The translations under genes and the position numbers were made by a program. The notes beneath the pieces are model-generated. The model made no database searches, had not been told where the DNA came from, and saw only the letters and a list, made by a program, of their open reading frames with translations. Below, one piece after another: positions 56,301-62,000 of a stretch of DNA of 62,000 nucleotides (the first letter of the stretch is position 1; every line of letters starts with the position of its first letter). Origin of the DNA: Acanthaster planci (taxonomy: Eukaryota); assembly GCF_001949145.1 (NCBI RefSeq), contig NW_019091403.1, positions 1,612,001-1,674,000 on the forward strand. Direction: 5' to 3'.

Positions 56301-59300
56301 GTGCAATCTTGGTGTCATCTGAAAGGGCACATGTTCCTGTATCTATTCATGTAAGTTTTGTATCCATATTTGCCCTAGTTAGGGAAATATCTGGAAAAGG
56401 ATGAGCGGCTTCTTGGCTGACTGCTTTATTTTTTGCGTAACCCTGACATGGTGGTATACTGGGTACTTTACTCGCACAGGGAATGCTTATTCAAGTATAA
56501 AAGTTCTGAAAATTATAGAAATTATGCAATCTTGGTGTCATCGGAAAGGGCACATGTTTTTCTATCTATTCATGTAAGTTTCATATCCATATTTGCTGTA
56601 GTTAGGGAAATATCTGGAAAAGGATGAGCGGGTTCTTGGCTGACTGCTTTATTTTTTGCGTAACTCTGACATGGTAGTATACCGAGTCCTTTCCTTGCAC
56701 AGAGAATGCTTATTCAAGTATGAAAGATCTCAAAATTATCTAAATTTTGCAATCTTGGTGTCATCTGAAAGGGCACATGTTCCTCTATCTATTCATGTAA
56801 GCTTCACATCCATAATTACTGTAGTTAGGGAAATATCTGGAAAAGGATGAGCGGCTTCTTGGCCGACTGCTTTATTTTTTGCGTAACTCTGACATGGTGG
56901 TATACTGGGTCCTTTCCTTGCAAAGGAAATGCTTACTGAAGTATGGAAGATCTCAAAATTATCTAAATCTTGCAATCTTGGTGTCATGTGAAAGGGCACA
57001 TGTTCCTGTATCTATTCATGTAAGTTTCATATCAATATTTGCTGTAGTTAGGGAAATATCCGGAAAAGGAATGGCGGATTCTTGTCTGACTGCTTATATT
57101 TTGCGTAACTATTACGTGGTGATTTACCAGGTACACAACTCGCAAAGAGAATGCGTATTCAAGTATGAAAGATCGCAAAATTATCTAAATCTTGGAATCT
57201 TGGTGTCATCTGAAAGGGCACATGTTCCTGCATCTATTCATGTAAGTTTCATATCCATATTCGCTGTAGTTAGGGAAATATTTGGAAAAGACTGAGCGGG
57301 TTCTTGTCTGACTGCTTTATTGTTTGCGTAAATCTGACTTGGTAGTATACCGGGTCCTTTACTCGCACAGGGAATGCTTATTCAAGTATAAAAGATCTCA
57401 AAATTTTCTAAATCTTGCAATCTTGGTGTCATCTGAAAGGGCACATGTTGCTCTATCTATTCATGTAAGTTTCATATCCATATTTGCTGTAGTTAGGGAA
57501 ATATCTGGAAAAGGATGAGCGGGTTCTTGGCTGACTGCTTTATTTTTGGCGTAACTCTGACATGGTGATATACCGGGTCCTTTCCTTGCAAAGAGAATTG
57601 TTACTGAAGTATGAAAGATCTCAAAATTATCTAAATCTTGCAATCGTGATGCCATCTGAAAGGGCACATGTTCCTCTATCTATTCATGTAAGCTTCACAT
57701 CCATATTCACTGTAGTTAGGGAAATATCTGGAAAAGGAATAGCGGATTCTGGTCACACTTCTTTATTTTTTGCGTAACCCTAACATGGTTGTATAGTGGG
57801 TCCTTTACTCGCACAGGGAATGCTTATTCAAGTATAAAAGATCTCAAAATTATCCAAATCTTGCAATCTTGGTGTCATCTGAAAGGGCACATGTTGCTCT
57901 ATGTATTCATGTAAGCTTTAGATCCATATTCACTGTAGTTAGGGTCCTTTACTCGCATAGGGAATGCTTATTCAAGTATAAAAGATCTCAAAATTATCTA
58001 AATCTTGCAATCTTGGTGTCATCTGAAAGGGCACATGTTCCTGTATCTATTTATGTAAGTTTTTTATCCATATTTGGTGTAGTTAGGGAAATATCTGGAA
58101 AAGGAATGGCGGATTCTTGTCTGACTGCTTGTAATTTGCGTAACTATGACGGGGCGATTTACCAGGTACACAACTCGCAAAGAGAATGTGTATTCAAGTA
58201 TAAAAGATCTCAAAATTATCCAAATCTTGCAATCTTGGTGTCATCTAAAAGGGCACATGTTCCTCTATCTATTCATGTAAGCTTCACATCCATATTTACT
58301 GTAGTTAGGGAAATATCTGGAAAAGCATGAGCGGGTTCTTGGCTGACTGCTTTATTTTTTGCGTAACTCTGACATGGTGATATACCAGGTCCTTTACTCG
58401 CACAAGGAATGGTTATTCAAGTATAAAAGATCTCAAAAATATCCAAATCTTGCAATCTTGGTGTCATCTGAAAGGGCACATGTTGCTCTATCTATTTATG
58501 TAAGCTTTAGATCCATATTCACTGTAGTTAGGGAAGTATCTGGAAAAGAATGAGCGGGTTCCTCGCTGACTGCTTTATTTTTTGCGTAACTCTGACATGG
58601 TGATATACCGGGTCCTTTCTTTGACCACAGAATGCTTACTGTAGTATGAAAGATCTCAAAATTATCTAAATCTTGCAATCTTGATGCAATCTGAAAGGGC
58701 ACATGTTCCTCTATCTATTCATGTAAGCTTGAAATCCATATTTACTGTAGTTAGGGAAATATTTGGAAAAGGAATAGCGGATTCTTGTCTGACTGCTTTA
58801 TTTTTGGGCGTAACCCTGACATGATGGTATACCGGGTCCTTTACTCGCATAGGGAATGCTTATTCAAGTATAAAAGATCTCAAAATTATCTAAATCTTGC
58901 AATCTTGGTGTCATCTGAAAGGGCAGATGTTCCTGTATCTATTCATGTAAGTTTCATATCCATATTTGGTGTAGTTAGGGAAATATCCGGAAAAGGAATG
59001 GCGGATTCTTGTCTGACTGCTTGTATTTTGCGTAACTATGACGTGGCAATTTACCAGGTACACAACTCGCAAAGAGAATGCGTATTCAAGTATAAAAGAT
59101 CTCAAAATCATCCAAATCTTGCAATCTTGGTGTCATCTGAGAGGGCACATGTTTCTCTATCTATTTATGTAAGTTTCATATCCATATCTACTGTAGTTAG
59201 GGAAATATCTGGAAAAGGAATAGCGGATTCCTGTCTGACTGCTTTATTTTATTGCGTAAATCTGACATGGTGGTATTCCAGGACCTTTACTCGCACAGGG

Positions 59301-61707
59301 AATGCTTTTTCAAGTATAAAAGATCTCAAAATTTTCCAAATCTTGCAATCTTGGTGTCATCTTAAAGGGCACAAGTTCCTCTATCTATTCATGGAAGTTT
59401 TATATTTATATTTGCTCTAGTTAGGGAAATATCTGGGTAAGGATGAGCGGGTACATGGCTGACTGCTTTATTTTTTGCGTAACTCTGACATGGTGGTATA
59501 CCGGGTCCTTTCCTTGCACAGGGAATGTTTATTCAAGTATAAAAGATCTCAAAATTATCAAAATCTTGCAAGCTTAGTGTCATCTGAAAGGACACATGTT
59601 TCTGTATCTATTTATGTAAGTTTCATATCCATATTCGCTGTAGTTAGGGAAATATCTTGAAAAGGATGAGCGGGTTCTTGGCCGACTGCTTTATTTTTTG
59701 CGTAAATCTGACATGGTGGTATACCGGGTCCTTTCCTTGCACAGGGAATGTTTATTCAAGTATAAAAGATCTCAAAATTATCAAAATCTTGCAAGCTTGG
59801 TGTCATCTGAAAGGGCACATGTTCCTGTATCTATTCATGTAAATTTCATATCCCTATTCGCTGTAGTTAGGGAAATATCTGGAAAAGGATGAGCGGATTC
59901 TTGTCTGACTGTTTTATTTTTTGCGTAACCCTGACATGGTGGTATACCGGGTCCTTTACTTGGACAGGGAATGCTTATTCAAGTATAAAAGATCTCAAAA
60001 TTATCCAAATCTTGCAATCTTGGTGTCATTTGAAAGGGCACATGTTCCTCTGTCTATTCATGTAAGTTTCATATCCATATTTGCTGTAGTTAGGGAAATA
60101 TCCGGAAAAGGAATAGCGGATTCTTGTGTGACTGCTTGTATTTTGCGTAACTATGACGTGGCGATTTACCAGGTACACAACTCGAAAAGGGAATGCGTAT
60201 TCAAGTACAAAAGATCTCAAAATCATCCAAATCATGCAATCGTGGTGTCATCTGAAAGGGCACATGTTTCTCTATCTATACATGTAAGCTTCACATCCAT
60301 AATTACTGTAGTTAGGAAAATATCTGGAAAAGGATGAGCGGCTTCTTGGCTGACTGCTTTATTTTTTGCGTAACTCTGACATGGTGGTATACCGGGTCCT
60401 TTCCTTGCAAAGAAAATGCTTACTGAAGTATGAAATATTTCAAAGTTATCTAACTCTTGCAATCTTGGTGTCATCTGAAAGGGCACATGTTCCTGTATCT
60501 ATTCATGTAAGTTTTATATCCATATTTGGTGTAGTTAGGGAAATATCCGGNNNNNNNNNNNNNNNNNNNNNNNNNNNNNNNNNNNNNNNNNNNNNNNNNN
60601 NNNNNNNNNNNNNNNNNNNNNNNNNNNNNNNNNNNNNNNNNNNNNNNNNNNNNNNNNNNNNNNNNNNNNNNNNNNNNNNNNNNNNNNNNNNNNNNNNNNN
60701 NNNNNNNNNNNNNNNNNNNNNNNNNNNNNNNNNNNNNNNNNNNNNNNNNNNNNNNNNNNNNNNNNNNNNNNNNNNNNNNNNNNNNNNNNNNNNNNNNNNN
60801 NNNNNNNNNNNNNNNNNNNNNNNNNNNNNNNNNNNNNNNNNNNNNNNNNNNNNNNNNNNNNNNNNNNNNNNNNNNNNNNNNNNNNNNNNNNNNNNNNNNN
60901 NNNNNNNNNNNNNNNNNNNNNNNNNNNNNNNNNNNNNNNNNNNNNNNNNNNNNNNNNNNNNNNNNNNNNNNNNNNNNNNNNNNNNNNNNNNNNNNNNNNN
61001 NNNNNNNNNNNNNNNNNNNNNNNNNNNNNNNNNNNNNNNNNNNNNNNNNNNNNNNNNNNNNNNNNNNNNNNNNNNNNNNNNNNNNNNNNNNNNNNNNNNN
61101 NNNNNNNNNNNNNNNNNNNNNNNNNNNNNNNNNNNNNNNNNNNNNNNNNNNNNNNNNNNNNNNNNNNNNNNNNNNNNNNNNNNNNNNNNNNNNNNNNNNN
61201 NNNNNNNNNNNNNNNNNNNNNNNNNNNNNNNNNNNNNNNNNNNNNNNNNNNNNNNNNNNNNNNNNNNNNNNNNNNNNNNNNNNNNNNNNNNNNNNNNNNN
61301 NNNNNNNNNNNNNNNNNNNNNNNNNNNNNNNNNNNNNNNNNNNNNNNNNNNNNNNNNNNNNNNNNNNNNNNNNNNNNNNNNNNNNNNNNNNNNNNNNNNN
61401 NNNNNNNNNNNNNNNNNNNNNNNNNNNNNNNNNNNNNNNNNNNNNNNNNNNNNNNNNNNNNNNNNNNNNNNNNNNNNNNNNNNNNNNNNNNNNNNNNNNN
61501 NNNNNNNNNNNNNNNNNNNNNNNNNNNNNNNNNNNNNNNNNNNNNNNNNNNNNNNNNNNNNNNNNNNNNNNNNNNNNNNNNNNNNNNNNNNNNNNNNNNN
61601 NNNNNNNNNNNNNNNNNNNNNNNNNNNNNNNNNNNNNNNNNNNNNNNNNNNNNNNNNNNNNNNNNNNNNNNNNNNNNNNNNNNNNNNNNNNNNNNNNNNN
61701 NNNNNNN
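35390..61707. other. Assembly gaps (N runs) within the satellite
   Basis: N at 35390-35584, 37886, 38469-39111, 43014-45157, 48005-51946, 52980-53477, 55330-55665 and 60551-61707. Confidence 0.97.
45158..46203 (-). repeat. Inverted block of about 4.7 satellite monomers
   Basis: Reads GTGCCCTTTCAGATGACACCAAGATTGCAAGATT, the reverse complement of the monomer. It switches back to forward orientation at CCTTTTT|CAAGTATG without Ns. Confidence 0.92.
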
Positions 61708-62000
61708 TGGTGTCATCTGAAAGGGCACAAGTTCCTCTATCTATTCATGGAGGTTTTATATCCATATTTGCTATAGTTAGGGAAATATCTTGAAAAGGAT
61801 GATCGGGTTCTTGGCTGACTGCTTTATTTTTTGGGTAACTCTGACATGATGGTATACCAGGCCCTTTCCTTGCACAGGGAATGCTTATTCAAGTATAAAA
61901 GATCTCAAAATTATCTAAATCTTGCAATCTTGATGGCATCTGAAATGGCACATGTTCCTGTATCTATTCATGAAAGTTTCATATCCTTATTCGCTGTAGT

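Larger units (their letters stand above)
31690..62000. repeat. Satellite DNA array, 223-bp monomer (some 222 bp), running off the window end
   Basis: Motif AATCTTGCAATCTTGGTGTCATCTGAAAGGGCACATGTTCCTCTATCTATTCATGTAAG recurs every 223 bp; equivalent positions include 42409/42632/42855 and 56210/56433/56656/56879. About 21.4 kb of non-N sequence, roughly 95 monomers. Confidence 0.98.

Noticed and set aside
31807..60486. Dozens of similar ORFs (…HRECLFKYKRSQNYPNLAILVSSERAHVPLSIHVSF…)
   Set aside because: These are translations of the 223-bp satellite monomer. The unit length is not a multiple of 3, stops and indels are frequent, and there is no recognisable protein family.
35071..61793. Very long ORFs (up to 1415 aa) in the ORF track
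   Set aside because: They are artefacts of reading through N gaps (poly-X).
31690..62000. CENP-B box in the satellite monomer
   Set aside because: I could not find a convincing TTCG....A..CGGG match in the consensus on either strand by eye.

Overview
Eukaryotic, AT-rich, intron-containing animal DNA from a gapped draft scaffold. It is probably a marine invertebrate (inference only). Bases 1-16.5 kb hold two head-to-head spliced genes whose exon chains I reconstructed with consistent GT-AG sites and phases. One is a taxilin (minus strand, 11 coding exons, about 431 aa). The other is a CEP57/translokin homolog (plus strand, 8 coding exons, about 482 aa). They share a short CpG-rich bidirectional promoter. 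Introns and the 17-31.7 kb intergenic stretch contain a decayed IR/DR-type Tc1 transposon, several TIR-bounded MITEs (some nested), LINE RT relics, a CpG-rich foldback element, a short palindromic hairpin family, a Penelope-type tail with a degenerate hammerhead ribozyme motif and a 65/66-bp dimeric minisatellite. From about 31.69 kb to the end is a 223-bp satellite array with roughly 95 sequenced monomers and 8 N gaps. It shows monomer subfamilies, higher-order blocks, a diverged edge and an internal inversion. No prokaryotic-type system, CRISPR array, rRNA or tRNA was found. All calls are from manual reading; no searches were run.
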